From assembly GCA_964474885.1 (NCBI GenBank), contig CAYYWO010000009.1, positions 1-43,615 of the forward strand: DNA of 43,615 bases. Reading direction: 5' to 3'. Within the stretch, counting starts at the first letter, position 1. Each line of letters begins with the position of its first letter. A program made the position numbers and the translations under genes. The notes under the pieces are model-generated. The model saw only the letters and a list, made by a program, of their open reading frames with translations, was not told the DNA's origin and did no database searches. This DNA comes from Candidatus Hadarchaeota archaeon. Its GTDB lineage: Archaea > Hadarchaeota > Hadarchaeia > Hadarchaeales > JAWBSP01. This document shows positions 26,239 to 36,328 of this stretch, piece after piece.

Positions 26239-27481
26239 GGCTGAACCTGAGGATGGCCGCCATGCCCCCGAAGGCCTTCCAGAGCTGGTTCCCCTCGTCC
26301 GTCTCCCTGGAGATGAGCTCCACCCTGCTCCCGAACTGCTGGGCGGTGTGGAAGAGCTGCTGCACCAGGTCCTCCTTGGAGCCCAGCTCAAGCCTGCCCT
26401 CCCCGCAGCTGGGGCAGGTAGCCTGCCTCAGCCTGCGCTGGAAGAACTCCGGGTCCTCCACCGTCTCCACCCAGCGGTGTCCGCAGGCCTGGCACCTGAC
26501 CTCCACCCTGTACTTGCGGAGGGACTCGGAGACCAGCAGGGTGTCCACCAGCCCCTTGCTTAGCGCGTCTCTGACTGCCTCCTCCCCCCACACCACCAGC
26601 TCCCTCCGGCTTACGAGCATGGACAAGAAGCGCTGAACCAGGTGCTTCTCCTTGGAGAGCTCCAGGTCCGTGAGCACATCCGATACCTTGTCCATGAGCT
26701 CCCTTATCCCCGATTCGTCCGTGTAGCAGCAGTCTAGGACCGCCTTCACCTTCTGCCTGAGCGGCTCCTTCAGCATGCCCAGCTTGAGGAACTCCTCCTT
26801 GGTGGGCCCCGGCCCTCCCACGATGAGCATCTGCAGGTCTGGTACCTGCATGAAGATCTCGTTCACCTCCTCCGCCACGCGCTTCAGGTACTCGTGCTCG
26901 GCTATCTCCCTCAGCCTCTCGAACCTGCGCTGGGACTGCCCACCCTTCGTGTGCTTCCCTGGCACACCGGAGGTCATCTTGCGGACGATCTCCACGTGCT
27001 TCCCCCTCAGCTTGGCTATGGTGGCCTCCTTCCTGTCCAGCACGAGCAGGCCTATCGTCCCCTTTATCTCCAGCATCTCCTCAAGCGGCCTCAGCACGAA
27101 CTCCTGGTCGCACCTGTAGAGCCTGACGGTTATGGGCTCCGGGGGCTCCACCCACCACAGCCTTATGTCCGAAACCCCCTCCTCTCCACTCACGTTCCCG
27201 CAGAAGATGGCCAGGCCGTTCCTAGGGGTCTGCCTGTGCCTCTCGATGTAGGTCTTGAGGAACTGGACTATGCGCTCCAGGGCGGAGATCACGTTCTTGC
27301 GCGTGGACTTGGACTTTATGTTGGAGGCCGTCCCCTGCTCCTCCCTGAGCTGCTGCAGGACCTTGGTGAGCTCGGCCCCCGGCGGTATGTACACGGAGAT
27401 GAGCTCCGTTCCCCTCCCCCGCTTGGACCTGAGCTCCTCCAGCAGCCTGCGGAACTGGTAGCGCTCCAGCTGCTTCGCCAT
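26228..27481 (-). CDS. prf1: Peptide chain release factor aRF1
   Basis: GTELIS, NIKS, YRCDQEF, GGQS, FGG.AAILRF. Confidence 0.97.
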   Translation of the reverse strand: MAKQLERYQFRRLLEELRSKRGRGTELISVYIPPGAELTKVLQQLREEQGTASNIKSKSTRKNVISALERIVQFLKTYIERHRQTPRNGLAIFCGNVSGEEGVSDIRLWWVEPPEPITVRLYRCDQEFVLRPLEEMLEIKGTIGLLVLDRKEATIAKLRGKHVEIVRKMTSGVPGKHTKGGQSQRRFERLREIAEHEYLKRVAEEVNEIFMQVPDLQMLIVGGPGPTKEEFLKLGMLKEPLRQKVKAVLDCCYTDESGIRELMDKVSDVLTDLELSKEKHLVQRFLSMLVSRRELVVWGEEAVRDALSKGLVDTLLVSESLRKYRVEVRCQACGHRWVETVEDPEFFQRRLRQATCPSCGEGRLELGSKEDLVQQLFHTAQQFGSRVELISRETDEGNQLWKAFGGMAAILRFSPSR

Positions 27482-27500
27482 TCATTATTACGCCAATTTA

Positions 27501-28223
27501 GTGATGAAGCTAACCCTGTGCATAGGTGGGTCCGTCCTGGTGCCCGAGGACCCGAGCGCGGAGGTCTTCCACAGGGTGTGCAGGGTCCTGCTTAAGCTCA
27601 GGGAGAAGCACCAGGTGCTCGTGGTGGTCGGAGGGGGTCGAGTAGCCAGGAAGTACATAAGCGTAGCCAAGGGGCACGTGACCGAGGCGGAGTGCCACAA
27701 GCTTGGGATAGAGGTGACCAGGCTGAACGCCAGGCTCCTGTGTCTGCTGCTCGGGGAGAGGGGGGAGCTGGCCTCCAACTTCACCCAGGCCATCATGGCC
27801 TCCCTGAGGGGGAAGATACCCGTCATGGGTGGGACCACGCCCGGCCAGACCACGGATGCGGTTGCGGCCATGCTCGCCCGGATAAGCAGGTCCGACTGGC
27901 TGATATACATCTCAGACGTGGACGGCGTTTACACCTCCGACCCCAAGGTGGATCCCCTGGCCCGGAAGCTGGACAGGGTGACGGCGGAGGAGCTGGTCAG
28001 GCTGGCGGGTGCCAAGATCTCGCCCGGCATGAGCGCGGTCATCGACCCCCTAGCTGCGCGGATCATAAGCAACTTCAGAATAAGGACGCTCTTCCTGGGC
28101 CAGCACGAGCTCGAAAACCTAGACAGGATCGTGGAGGGAGGGGGGCACACCGGCACGGAGGTGGTCTTCACGGGGTCTCCGTTCGGGTCTGAGATAGGCA
28201 TCCGAGAAAAATCAGGCATGTAG
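27501..28223 (+). CDS. pyrH: UMP kinase
   Basis: IGGSVL, VVGGG..AR.YI, GI..TRLNA, PGQTTDAVAA, DVDGVYTSDPK. Confidence 0.93.
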   Translation: MMKLTLCIGGSVLVPEDPSAEVFHRVCRVLLKLREKHQVLVVVGGGRVARKYISVAKGHVTEAECHKLGIEVTRLNARLLCLLLGERGELASNFTQAIMASLRGKIPVMGGTTPGQTTDAVAAMLARISRSDWLIYISDVDGVYTSDPKVDPLARKLDRVTAEELVRLAGAKISPGMSAVIDPLAARIISNFRIRTLFLGQHELENLDRIVEGGGHTGTEVVFTGSPFGSEIGIREKSGM

Positions 28224-28275
28224 CCCCACCGCGGCGATTCTAAGCTCGGGGGCGCTTTGCCAGAAAAGGCGCCCG

Positions 28276-28327
28276 AAGTGTTTCCAACACATAAACACTT
28301 CCGTGTCGGTTACCATGGTAACAGACA
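28276..28327. repeat. Motif B + motif A pair
   Basis: AAGTGTTTCC-AACAC-ATAAACACTT (28276-28300) followed by TGTCGGTTACCATGGTAACAGACA (28304-28327). Confidence 0.88.
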
Positions 28328-28444
28328 ACTCTCTTCGGTCCTGCTCGTGTTACGATAACCGGCATGATCGCCTGACATCGAAGGGGCTCGCTTCCTACGA
28401 GAGCTTGAAAAAGTCTATCGTATCTTGCGTAGGGTATGTTAGGT

Positions 28445-29723
28445 TTCGGGTTCTGAAAAACGGTAACAAACGTACCGTTTTTCTTGGGACTCATCACGCT
28501 CGACCCCCTCAAGGGTTCACGAGGGGCCTCCTCACGCTTCTCCCCCGTCAGGGCGAACCCTCCCACGACCCCGTCGAACCACTCCGGGTCGCGGGGAAGT
28601 CCCTCCATCTGAAGGTAAAGGTTCACGGCCGCGTTGAGCTGCCTGTTGATCCTCAGCCCGCACACCCCGCACTCGAAGGTAGCTCCTTTCGGGGCTTTAT
28701 TGAGCTCCCCACATCCTGGAGCACCTCCGGGTGGAGTCGTGCGGGTCGAGGGGCTCGCCGACGCGTGCCTTGTAGACAAGCATCGAGCGGATCATGGACC
28801 AGTTCGCCTTCGCGAGCCTCCGGTTGTGCGCCCGCCCGCCGTTGAACATGCTCCGCTTCTCCAGTCGTTCGAACCTGTGCTCGAAGCCCGGGAAGGCCCT
28901 GGCCAGCTCGGCAGTCAGCTTATGCACCGCATCCCTCGCCTTGTTGCGCTCCCTTCTCGAGTACTTCTCCAGCACCCTCCGGAGTGAGGGCTTCTTTGAC
29001 GCGAGCCTCTGCAGCCTCCTCCGCTTCAGCTCGTAGGTTCGGTGGATGTGGTAGAGCTGTCTCAGGTCAACCCGTACCCAGCCCAGCTCAGGGTCGAAGG
29101 CGTCGAGGGATGCCTCGTTCGAGTCCCATGCTAGCCTGCCCGCCGGCTCCGCGGGGGTGCGGTCCTCCCTGAAGGTCAGGATCAGCGAGTCGTCCTTCAG
29201 GATGAGCTCTCCCGGCTCCCCTCTCACCCTGCTCCAGAACCAGGCGTTTCGGAGGTCGAGTTCTAAGTACCTCTCGTGCGCGTCCAGGGTTATCCTGAGC
29301 CTCCTGTCCCTGAGCGTGTACAAGGTCTCTTTGACCCGCACGAATCTCCTCCTCATCAGCGGCTTCTCTCTCCCCCGGGTGCCCTTCAGGTAGTTTCTCC
29401 TCCAGCTCCGCAGGATGGAGTAAGCCTGCTTTATGGCCGAATCCACGTAGTGGACGGCGTGGGGCCAGTTCTCCCTCAGCTTCCCCCCTCAGCTCGCGCT
29501 TGAACTCTCTGTCCTTCGGCAGGATGGGGATGAGCCTCTTCGCGGTGTACCTGACCCCGCGGATCTTCCGCTTCACCCGCACGGGCCTCTCGACCCACCG
29601 GATGCGCTGCCATATCTCGTCTATCGCCTGCTGGAGCACGCCTGGTAGGCGGTTATGAAGTCCCCGACTTGGTGGCTGTGCCTAATTGTGTATGCCCTAA
29701 TCTTGTGAGCAGCTCGTCACCAC
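28445..29723 (-). mobile_element. tnpB: IS200/IS605-family (IS1341-like, tnpB-only) element; tnpB pseudogene with about 4 frameshifts
   Basis: Pieces IRAYTIRH / LQQAIDEIW..LIPILPK / HYVDSAIKQAYSIL..AWDSNE..FERLE..STRRCS / CG...FECGVCG..INRQLNAAVNL joined by shifts near 29705, 29640, 29485 and 28713; no tnpA seen; element ends approximate. Confidence 0.85.
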
Positions 29724-30140
29724 CACAGGTTGAAACTTACCCCCTAAAAGTAGAGAGAGTAGGCTGTAAGTAAAACTAATCATGCGTTGCTCTTTGAACC
29801 TGACTTCGAAAAGAATAGGAGCCCGCGGACTCCTGCTGATGGGGGAGAACCGGCGGTCCTCCAGCGAACCCAGTTTATCCAGTTTATAAGGAATATTTCC
29901 GTCATCTTCGGTATATCACATATTACACAAATGTTTTCGATTCTGGAAACTGCTAAAAAAGGCGACCGGAGACCAAAAAGTGCGGCGAGGTGCGGCGAAC
30001 GATAGCCGGTTGGTAAATCCAGTTTCCTTTTTGAGCACATCTATTGTACCGAGGGCCGGTTCCCTATCTAGCGTACTTCTCCCCGAGAGGGGGCAGGTTT
30101 TACCTGGAATAAGCAATATCCTCGGTGACGTTCTAAATTC

Positions 30141-30233
30141 CAAACATTATCAACGTATTAACAATGTTTGACAAAACATCATCATTACGATTATAAAGTT
30201 TTAAAGGAAAATTTGAAATATACTGATGATGTT
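30141..30233. promoter_or_regulatory. Repeated AACATYATCA operator-like sites upstream of AAA ATPase
   Basis: CAAACATTATCAA-CGTA-TTAACAATGTTTG dyad (30141-30170), AAACATCATCA (30174-30184), inverted TGATGATGTT (30224-30233) over the start codon. Confidence 0.45.
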
Positions 30234-31662
30234 CGGGGAAGATATGCTCAGGGCTCTGAGCCTTCAGAATCCTTGGTGGCGGACCGGCAAGGTCCCCCAA
30301 GAGTTCGTGGATCCGCTCGGTCTCGGCAGGCCCTTCTACCGGCGGGACTTTTACGCACTGCGCGACCGCCTGGAGGAGGAGAAGATCACCGCCCTCGTGG
30401 GGCCCAGGCAGGTGGGGAAGACCACGACGGTTTACCAGCTCATAGACTGGCTGCTCGGGAGGGTGAATCCGTCTAGGGTGATGTTCTTCTCCTTCGACTT
30501 CCCCGGTCTGCATGCGGACCTTGATCAGGTCATACGCACCTACTTGGAGCTGAAGGTGGGAAAACCGCCGCGGAGGTCGGACCCCAGGGTGTACATCTTC
30601 CTAGACGAGATCGGGAGGGTGCCGGAGTGGAGCAGGACGCTGAAGGGGTGGCAGGACCTGAAGTACAACATCAAGTTCTTCGTCACGAACTCGTCCGCCA
30701 GCGAGCTGCTGGTGGGCTCCTCCGAGTCCCTGGTGGGGAGAGTGGAGCTCTACTCCATGATGCAGCTGAAGTTCGTGGACTACCTCAGGTTTCACCTGCC
30801 GGAGCAGGCTGAGCTGGTGAACTCCGTCTCGCTGAGCCTGAGGGACCAATTCCGTGCCTCCCTGCGGAGAAGGGATCCCTCCCCCCTGCTGGAGAGCGCC
30901 CGGAGGGCGTGCATGCTCCTCGATGAGCCGGAAATCACGCGGCGCCTCGTGGAGTACCTGCTCAAGGACGGGTACCCCGAGCTCCTGAACAAGTCCCTAG
31001 CCGAGAGCTCCCTGAGGCTGCGCCAGTACCTCTCCCTCACGCTCTACAAGGATGTGGTCAGGATTTTCAGGGTGCGGAACGCGAGGGAGCTGGAGGACCT
31101 GCTGGTGTACGTCGCCAGATCCAGCGGGGGCCTGTTCGTGGACGAGTCCGCATCCAGAACGCTGGGCATCTCGGCCAACACCTTGAAGGCCTACATGGAG
31201 TACCTGAGGCTGGTCTTCCTCGTTTCGAGGTCGGAGTACTACTCCAGGAGCAGGGCAGCCCGGATAAGGAAGTGCGACAAGGTCTACCTGCTCAACGTGG
31301 GGCTGCTCAACGCCCTGCTGGGGCAGATGGACGAATCCCTGCTCGAGAACCGGGAGGCGCTCGGGAGGGTGGTGGAGACCGTCGTCTACGAGCACTGCAT
31401 GCGGCTGCGCTTCAACCTGGGCTCCCAAGCGGACCTCTTTTACTGGAGGAACAGGGGGGAGGTGGATATCGTGCTCGAGGTCGGGGGGGAGGCCATACCG
31501 ATTGAGGTCACGGTGGGGAAAGCTTCGAGGAAGCTGGGCGTGATGGAGGAGTTCATGCGGAAGCACGACAGCCCGTTCGGCATCATCATCACGGAGAAGG
31601 AGCTGAAGGTTGGGGGAGGGGTAATCTGGATCCCGCTGTGGCTGTTCCTGCTCATGTGCTGA
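30226..31662 (+). CDS. AAA_14 + DUF4143 ATPase (wHTH, C-terminal PD-(D/E)xK-like domain)
   Basis: QNPWW, GPRQVGKTT, IFLDEI, L.GR, GYP, KVYL, C-terminal EVDIV...PIEV. Confidence 0.88.
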   Translation: MMFGEDMLRALSLQNPWWRTGKVPQEFVDPLGLGRPFYRRDFYALRDRLEEEKITALVGPRQVGKTTTVYQLIDWLLGRVNPSRVMFFSFDFPGLHADLDQVIRTYLELKVGKPPRRSDPRVYIFLDEIGRVPEWSRTLKGWQDLKYNIKFFVTNSSASELLVGSSESLVGRVELYSMMQLKFVDYLRFHLPEQAELVNSVSLSLRDQFRASLRRRDPSPLLESARRACMLLDEPEITRRLVEYLLKDGYPELLNKSLAESSLRLRQYLSLTLYKDVVRIFRVRNARELEDLLVYVARSSGGLFVDESASRTLGISANTLKAYMEYLRLVFLVSRSEYYSRSRAARIRKCDKVYLLNVGLLNALLGQMDESLLENREALGRVVETVVYEHCMRLRFNLGSQADLFYWRNRGEVDIVLEVGGEAIPIEVTVGKASRKLGVMEEFMRKHDSPFGIIITEKELKVGGGVIWIPLWLFLLMC

Positions 31663-31722
31663 GTTCGAAATCATCCCCGATCCTTGCGGGCGAGCGATCC
31701 TTGGCCAGTTAAACGAGAAGGA

Positions 31723-34371
31723 TCACGAGCCGGGAGACTTCTCCGGGACGAGCATGGTCAAATCCCACTTGTCGAACCTGTAGACCCGGACGGGCCTCCC
31801 CCCGGTCTCGAACTCCCTCCTTATCCTCAGGTCCTCGGGCGCCAGGGTCACTTCCCGCCCCCGGATGCGCAGGGTGATGCCGCCCTCCTTCAGGGCATCC
31901 GCCAGCTGCGCCACACTCAGCTGCCTGAGCTGCTCCGAGATCTCACCCGTCAGCTCCCTGAACTTGGGCCCAGCCCTCCTGTAGTCCAGCTCCACCGAGA
32001 CCACCCTCTCGGAGAGCTCGGGCCTGCCCCTCAGCAGCCGAACCCTCCTCACGTTCATCGTCCCCTGCAGGTGCGCCATCAGCTCCCTAAGCGGGGACGG
32101 GTCAACCGAGTAGAGCTGGACCTCCTCTATGGGGTGATTGAGCGGGAGCCTCCGCTCCGTCTTGTACTTCCTCAGGGCGGACACCAGGGAGTTCAGGATC
32201 TCCCCCAGCTCCTCCGCGCGCTCGTCCACCAGCTCGGGTTTGGCCTCGGGCCAGCGGGAGATGTGCACGCTCCTCTCCCCACCCCCGAGCACCTGGTAAA
32301 CCTCCTCCGCGAAGTGAGGGTAGAAGGGTGCTAGCATCTTGGTCACGCTCAGCAGAACCTCCCTTAGGGTGTAGATGCAGGCCTCCGCCCACTGTTTCCT
32401 GTAGATGCGGAACTTCACCTCCTCCAGGTACATGTCGCAGAACTCCTCCCAAACGAACTTGTGCAGGGACTTCAGGGCATCGTGGAAGCGGAAGTTCTCC
32501 AGGTGCTCGGTCACCTGCTGGATCAGGCGCTGCAGCCTGCTCAGGATCCACCTGTCGGGCACCTGCAGGTCGGAGGGGGTCACCGGGCGGAGGTGAGGGC
32601 AGGCGAACCTGACGGCGTTCCAGAGCTTGTTCATGAACTTCCTGCAGAACTCCACCTCCTTCCAGCTGAAGGGCACGTCCGAGCCCGTTGCGCCTCCCAG
32701 GACCGCCCAACCCCTGAGGGCGTCCGCGCCGTGCTTCTTCCTGGCCTCGCTCGTGTCCACGTAGTTACCCAGCGACTTGGACATCTTCCTCCCGTCCGGG
32801 CCCACCACCATGCCGTTTATGAGTACCGTCCGGTAGGGTACCTGCCCAAGCAGGGCTAGGTGCCTGACCATGAGGTAGTAATCCCAGGTCCGGATGATGT
32901 CCGTCCCGTTGGGCTGCAGGTCGGCGGGGAAGAGCCTGGGATCCATGTCAGGCCAGCCCGCGTGGCAGGCTATGGTGATGGAAGAGTCCATCCAGGTGTC
33001 CAGCACGTCCCTCTCAGGCTCGAAATCCCTCCCCCCGCATTTGGGGCAGGCTTGGACGGGAGGCTTGTCCTTCCACGGGATGACGGGGACTTGGTGCTCC
33101 TCCGCCACCACAGGTTGCCCGCATGATTTGCAGTACCATGCGGGGATGGGGGTGGCGAAGATCCGCTGCCTAGAGATCACCCAGTCCCAGTCCATGGACC
33201 GCACCCAGTCTATGAAGCGCGTTTTCATGTGCTCGGGCACCCACTTCACCTCCTCAACCCTGCGCAGGACCTCGGGATTGAGCTCCAGCACCTTCAGGAA
33301 CCACTGGGGCTTCACTAGGATCTCCACGGGGGTCTTGCACCTCCAGCAAACTCCCACCTCCTGCTCCAGCTCTTCTTCTTTCTCGACCATCCCCCGAGAC
33401 CTGAGCTCCTGCACTATGCGCTCCTTCGCCTCCGCGATGGGAAGGCCCGAGAACCGGCCCGCGTTTATCAGGTTCCCCCTTTCGTCTATGGCTCTGATAA
33501 CCGGCAGGCTGTGCCTCTTCACCCACCTGACGTCCGTCTTGTCCCCGAAAGTGCAGACCATCACCACGCCTGTGCCGAAGTGCGGGTCCACCTCCTCATC
33601 CTCTATGATCCGCACCGCCTGCCCGAAGAGCGGCACCTCCAGCCGCTTCCCCACGTATCGCTTGTAGCGCCCATCCCCCGGGTGCACGGCCACCACCACG
33701 CAGGCGTGCAGGTACTCGGGCCTGGTGGTGGCTATGATCAGGTAGCCCTCCTCACCCACCAGCTTGAACTTTATATAGTAGAGCTTGGCCCGCCTGCTCT
33801 CGTACTCCACCTCCGCATCCGCTATGGCCGTCTCGCACCTTGGGCACCAGTTGACGGGGTGCTCCCCCCTGTAGATCAGGCCCTTCTTGTAAAGCTTTAT
33901 GAAGGAGAGCTGGGTCCTGCCGTAGTACTGAGGGTCCATGGTCTCGTACTCGGTGGACCAGTCGATAGAGAAGCCCAGAGACTTCATCTCCTCCCTCATG
34001 TGGGCTATGTTTTGCTTGGTCAGCTCCACACAGAGCCTCCTGAACTCCTCCGGATCCAGGTCCCCCTTCCTGATCCCGTACTTCTTTTCCACCTGGACCT
34101 CCGTGGGCAGCCCGTGGCAGTCCCACCCCTGAGGGAAGAAGACATTGTACCCGCGCATCCGCTTGTACCTCGCGACTATGTCCTGGTAGGTCCAGTTCAG
34201 GGCCGTCCCCATATGGAACTCCCCGCTGGGGTAAGGCGGAGGGGTGTCGATGACGTAGGTCGGGGACCCCCTGTCCTCCCACCTGAACCTGTAGATCCCC
34301 CACTCCTCCCACTTCCGCTGCCACTTTTCCTCGACCCTCAGGGGATCGTACTCCTTGGGGATGGATGGCAT
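31723..34371 (-). CDS. valS: Valyl-tRNA synthetase (archaeal type)
   Basis: DTPPPYPSG.FHMG, GWDCHGLPTE, ATTRPE, GTGVVMVCTFGD, DWVISRQR, KMSKS. Confidence 0.97.
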   Translation of the reverse strand: MPSIPKEYDPLRVEEKWQRKWEEWGIYRFRWEDRGSPTYVIDTPPPYPSGEFHMGTALNWTYQDIVARYKRMRGYNVFFPQGWDCHGLPTEVQVEKKYGIRKGDLDPEEFRRLCVELTKQNIAHMREEMKSLGFSIDWSTEYETMDPQYYGRTQLSFIKLYKKGLIYRGEHPVNWCPRCETAIADAEVEYESRRAKLYYIKFKLVGEEGYLIIATTRPEYLHACVVVAVHPGDGRYKRYVGKRLEVPLFGQAVRIIEDEEVDPHFGTGVVMVCTFGDKTDVRWVKRHSLPVIRAIDERGNLINAGRFSGLPIAEAKERIVQELRSRGMVEKEEELEQEVGVCWRCKTPVEILVKPQWFLKVLELNPEVLRRVEEVKWVPEHMKTRFIDWVRSMDWDWVISRQRIFATPIPAWYCKSCGQPVVAEEHQVPVIPWKDKPPVQACPKCGGRDFEPERDVLDTWMDSSITIACHAGWPDMDPRLFPADLQPNGTDIIRTWDYYLMVRHLALLGQVPYRTVLINGMVVGPDGRKMSKSLGNYVDTSEARKKHGADALRGWAVLGGATGSDVPFSWKEVEFCRKFMNKLWNAVRFACPHLRPVTPSDLQVPDRWILSRLQRLIQQVTEHLENFRFHDALKSLHKFVWEEFCDMYLEEVKFRIYRKQWAEACIYTLREVLLSVTKMLAPFYPHFAEEVYQVLGGGERSVHISRWPEAKPELVDERAEELGEILNSLVSALRKYKTERRLPLNHPIEEVQLYSVDPSPLRELMAHLQGTMNVRRVRLLRGRPELSERVVSVELDYRRAGPKFRELTGEISEQLRQLSVAQLADALKEGGITLRIRGREVTLAPEDLRIRREFETGGRPVRVYRFDKWDLTMLVPEKSPGS

Positions 34372-34401
34372 TCCGTTACTTCGACCTGCACCTATTTTGG
34401 C

Positions 34402-35511
34402 TTATACCAGGAGCCAGGGGTTCCCTATCCGGACCTTCTCCAGGCCCTCCCGTTTGCATATCCTGTAGAACCTCTCCGCATCCTCCCGCCTGGTGTAGGG
34501 CATGTCATCCATGAAGTAGGTCGGGTGGAAGGCAAGAAGCGAGTAGGGTATGGTGGGGTCCAGGTCCGCGATGAAGGAGGCTATGCCCCTGATCTCCTCG
34601 TCGTTTATGTACCCGGGAACCAGCAGGGTGCTCGCCCTCAGGAAGGGCACCTCCGGCCTCACCCGGTGCAGCTTCGCCAGCCTCCTGAAGTTCTGGAAGG
34701 GCACTCGGTGCTGGACGCCGCAGAGGGCGTACTGGACCCTCACATCCCAGGCCTTCAGGTCCGCCTTTATCCCGCCCCCGCTCTGCAGGGAGATAGGCGC
34801 AAACTCCTCCAGCTCCCGCCACTCCATGTTCAGGTTCGTCTCAAGGCATATCCTCAGGAGCCTCCCCTCACGTTGGGCCTGCTCGAACATGAGCCTGGCG
34901 GATTTCATGATGAAAGGGAACTGACCGGAGGGGTCCCCGCCGAAGAAACAGACACAACCCACGCGGTCGTGCACCTTGGAGGCGAGCTCCTGAGGGGTTA
35001 GGGCGGGCCTCCCCATCAGCGTCAGCTCCCGGAAGGAGAAGTTCTGGCAGAAGAGGCAACTGAAGGTGCAGCTACCCAGGAAGACCGCCAAGTTATAGTA
35101 ACCGATGTCCCCCTTGGGCGTTCTGCACCACTTCGGGTAGCCCGCACCCGAGGACCCCGCGCAGAAGTCAGCGGGCACGCAGTTCGTCGGGAGGGCGTCG
35201 TAGTAGTAGTGCAGCAGGCCCCTGTCCTCCCCGAAGGACCTCACCAGCCTGCCCGCCTCATTCCTTACCAGCCCGCAGTAGCCCACACCCCCCTCCGGGA
35301 TCCTGCACCTGTTTCCGCACCCCTCGCACTGAACTCCCTGGGGGTCCCTTGGGATCTCAGGAGGCAGGCCGTACCTGGACCTGAGCCTGGAGTGGGCTTC
35401 CTCCAAGAAGGGCCTCGCCTCTTCAAACCTGTCCACGATGCAGGCCTTGCAAACGCCGAGGAAGCCCGAGATGGTCCGGTCGCTTCGCCCGCAGATCCTG
35501 CAGGTGCCCAA
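34402..35511 (-). CDS. Radical SAM protein (AmmeMemoRadiSam/PFL-activase-like) with extra Cys clusters
   Basis: CTFSCLFCQN (CX3CX2C), CFFGGDP, ETN, N-terminal CRIC/CKAC/CEGC..C; TTG start. Confidence 0.85.
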   Translation of the reverse strand: MGTCRICGRSDRTISGFLGVCKACIVDRFEEARPFLEEAHSRLRSRYGLPPEIPRDPQGVQCEGCGNRCRIPEGGVGYCGLVRNEAGRLVRSFGEDRGLLHYYYDALPTNCVPADFCAGSSGAGYPKWCRTPKGDIGYYNLAVFLGSCTFSCLFCQNFSFRELTLMGRPALTPQELASKVHDRVGCVCFFGGDPSGQFPFIMKSARLMFEQAQREGRLLRICLETNLNMEWRELEEFAPISLQSGGGIKADLKAWDVRVQYALCGVQHRVPFQNFRRLAKLHRVRPEVPFLRASTLLVPGYINDEEIRGIASFIADLDPTIPYSLLAFHPTYFMDDMPYTRREDAERFYRICKREGLEKVRIGNPWLLV

Positions 35512-36066
35512 CTACTTTATGTTTATCTTCTCGCCTTCCTTCTTCTCCTCGATCCTCCGGAGGATCACGTCCAGCACTCCGTTCTCGTAAGAGGCATCCA
35601 CGTTCTTCGGGTCCACCTTCGCGGGCAACTCCACCTCCTTGTGGTACTTCCTGTCCCCCGTCTGGGCGGAGATGATCAGCTTGTTCTCGGTTGCGCGCAG
35701 GTCTATGTCCTCCCTCCTGACCCCCGGTATCTCGGCTATAACACGGATGATGTTCGGGGAGGGTATTACCTCCACAAAGGGCTCCCTGGTCTCCGATGGG
35801 ACGGGGACGGGGGCAGGTTTGATGTTTCCGAAGCTCTTGATCCTGGGGACGCCGTCCGGCCCTATCGTCATGGAGTAACCGTAGATGATGGGGCCCACCC
35901 CCCGGACCACCGTTCCGTCGGGGAGCTTTCGCTCCTTGACCAGCTCCTTGGGGAAGCGCTCGGAGAACTCCTTGAAGGCCTCCTCGAACAGCCTGTCTAT
36001 CTCCCTGAAGAACTTGGAGAGGGACCGGCGCTTGAACGGCCACCATTCCTCAAACCAGTCTTCCAT
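35512..36066 (-). CDS. Small heat-shock protein Hsp20 (archaeal type)
   Basis: GPIIYGYSMTIGPDG.P, REPFVEV, AEIPGV, ELP..VD, A.YENGVL, C-terminal INI (IxI). Confidence 0.93.
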   Translation of the reverse strand: MEDWFEEWWPFKRRSLSKFFREIDRLFEEAFKEFSERFPKELVKERKLPDGTVVRGVGPIIYGYSMTIGPDGVPRIKSFGNIKPAPVPVPSETREPFVEVIPSPNIIRVIAEIPGVRREDIDLRATENKLIISAQTGDRKYHKEVELPAKVDPKNVDASYENGVLDVILRRIEEKKEGEKINIK

Positions 36067-36234
36067 TTCAAACAAGATAAGGCAGAATTTAACCTCTTGT
36101 GGTGGAGCCCGATATTCAGCATGCCGAATTCAAGCCGGTTTTCCGTTCTCGTCCCCCAATTGTGCTTTCGCCGTGAATGGAGAGGATCGAACGGAGTTTT
36201 GATCTTGCTCATGAAAATGTTGCAACTTCCACAA

Positions 36235-36297
36235 GCTGCTTAGTTTGTTATAAACACTTCGTTCGCCAGAGTTTGTCCGTTACTATGGTAACAGACA
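36235..36297. repeat. Motif B (reverse, degenerate) + motif A pair downstream of minD-like gene
   Basis: TTGTT-ATAAACACTT (36245-36259) and TGTCCGTTACTATGGTAACAGACA (36274-36297). Confidence 0.82.
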
Positions 36298-36328
36298 GCT
36301 AATAAAGCATTCCGAGAAAAAGGTAGCG

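Noticed and set aside
29780-30143. Short ORFs and small hairpins between tnpB and the AAA gene
   Set aside because: No tnpA (HUH/Y1 or serine recombinase) motifs and no convincing coding or RNA signature
33023-33039. 17-bp match (AAATCCCTCCCCCCGCA) to the tRNA-Leu 3' end (22969-22985), suggesting an attR
   Set aside because: Lies inside intact valS, encoding CGGRDF of its Zn knuckle; the interval holds core genes and no integrase; probably chance in C-rich sequence
33511-35001. Long antisense ORFs (496 aa here; also 17062-17982, 21903-22868, 35209-36243, 39794-40798)
   Set aside because: Shadow ORFs opposite well-supported high-GC3 genes, with no motifs
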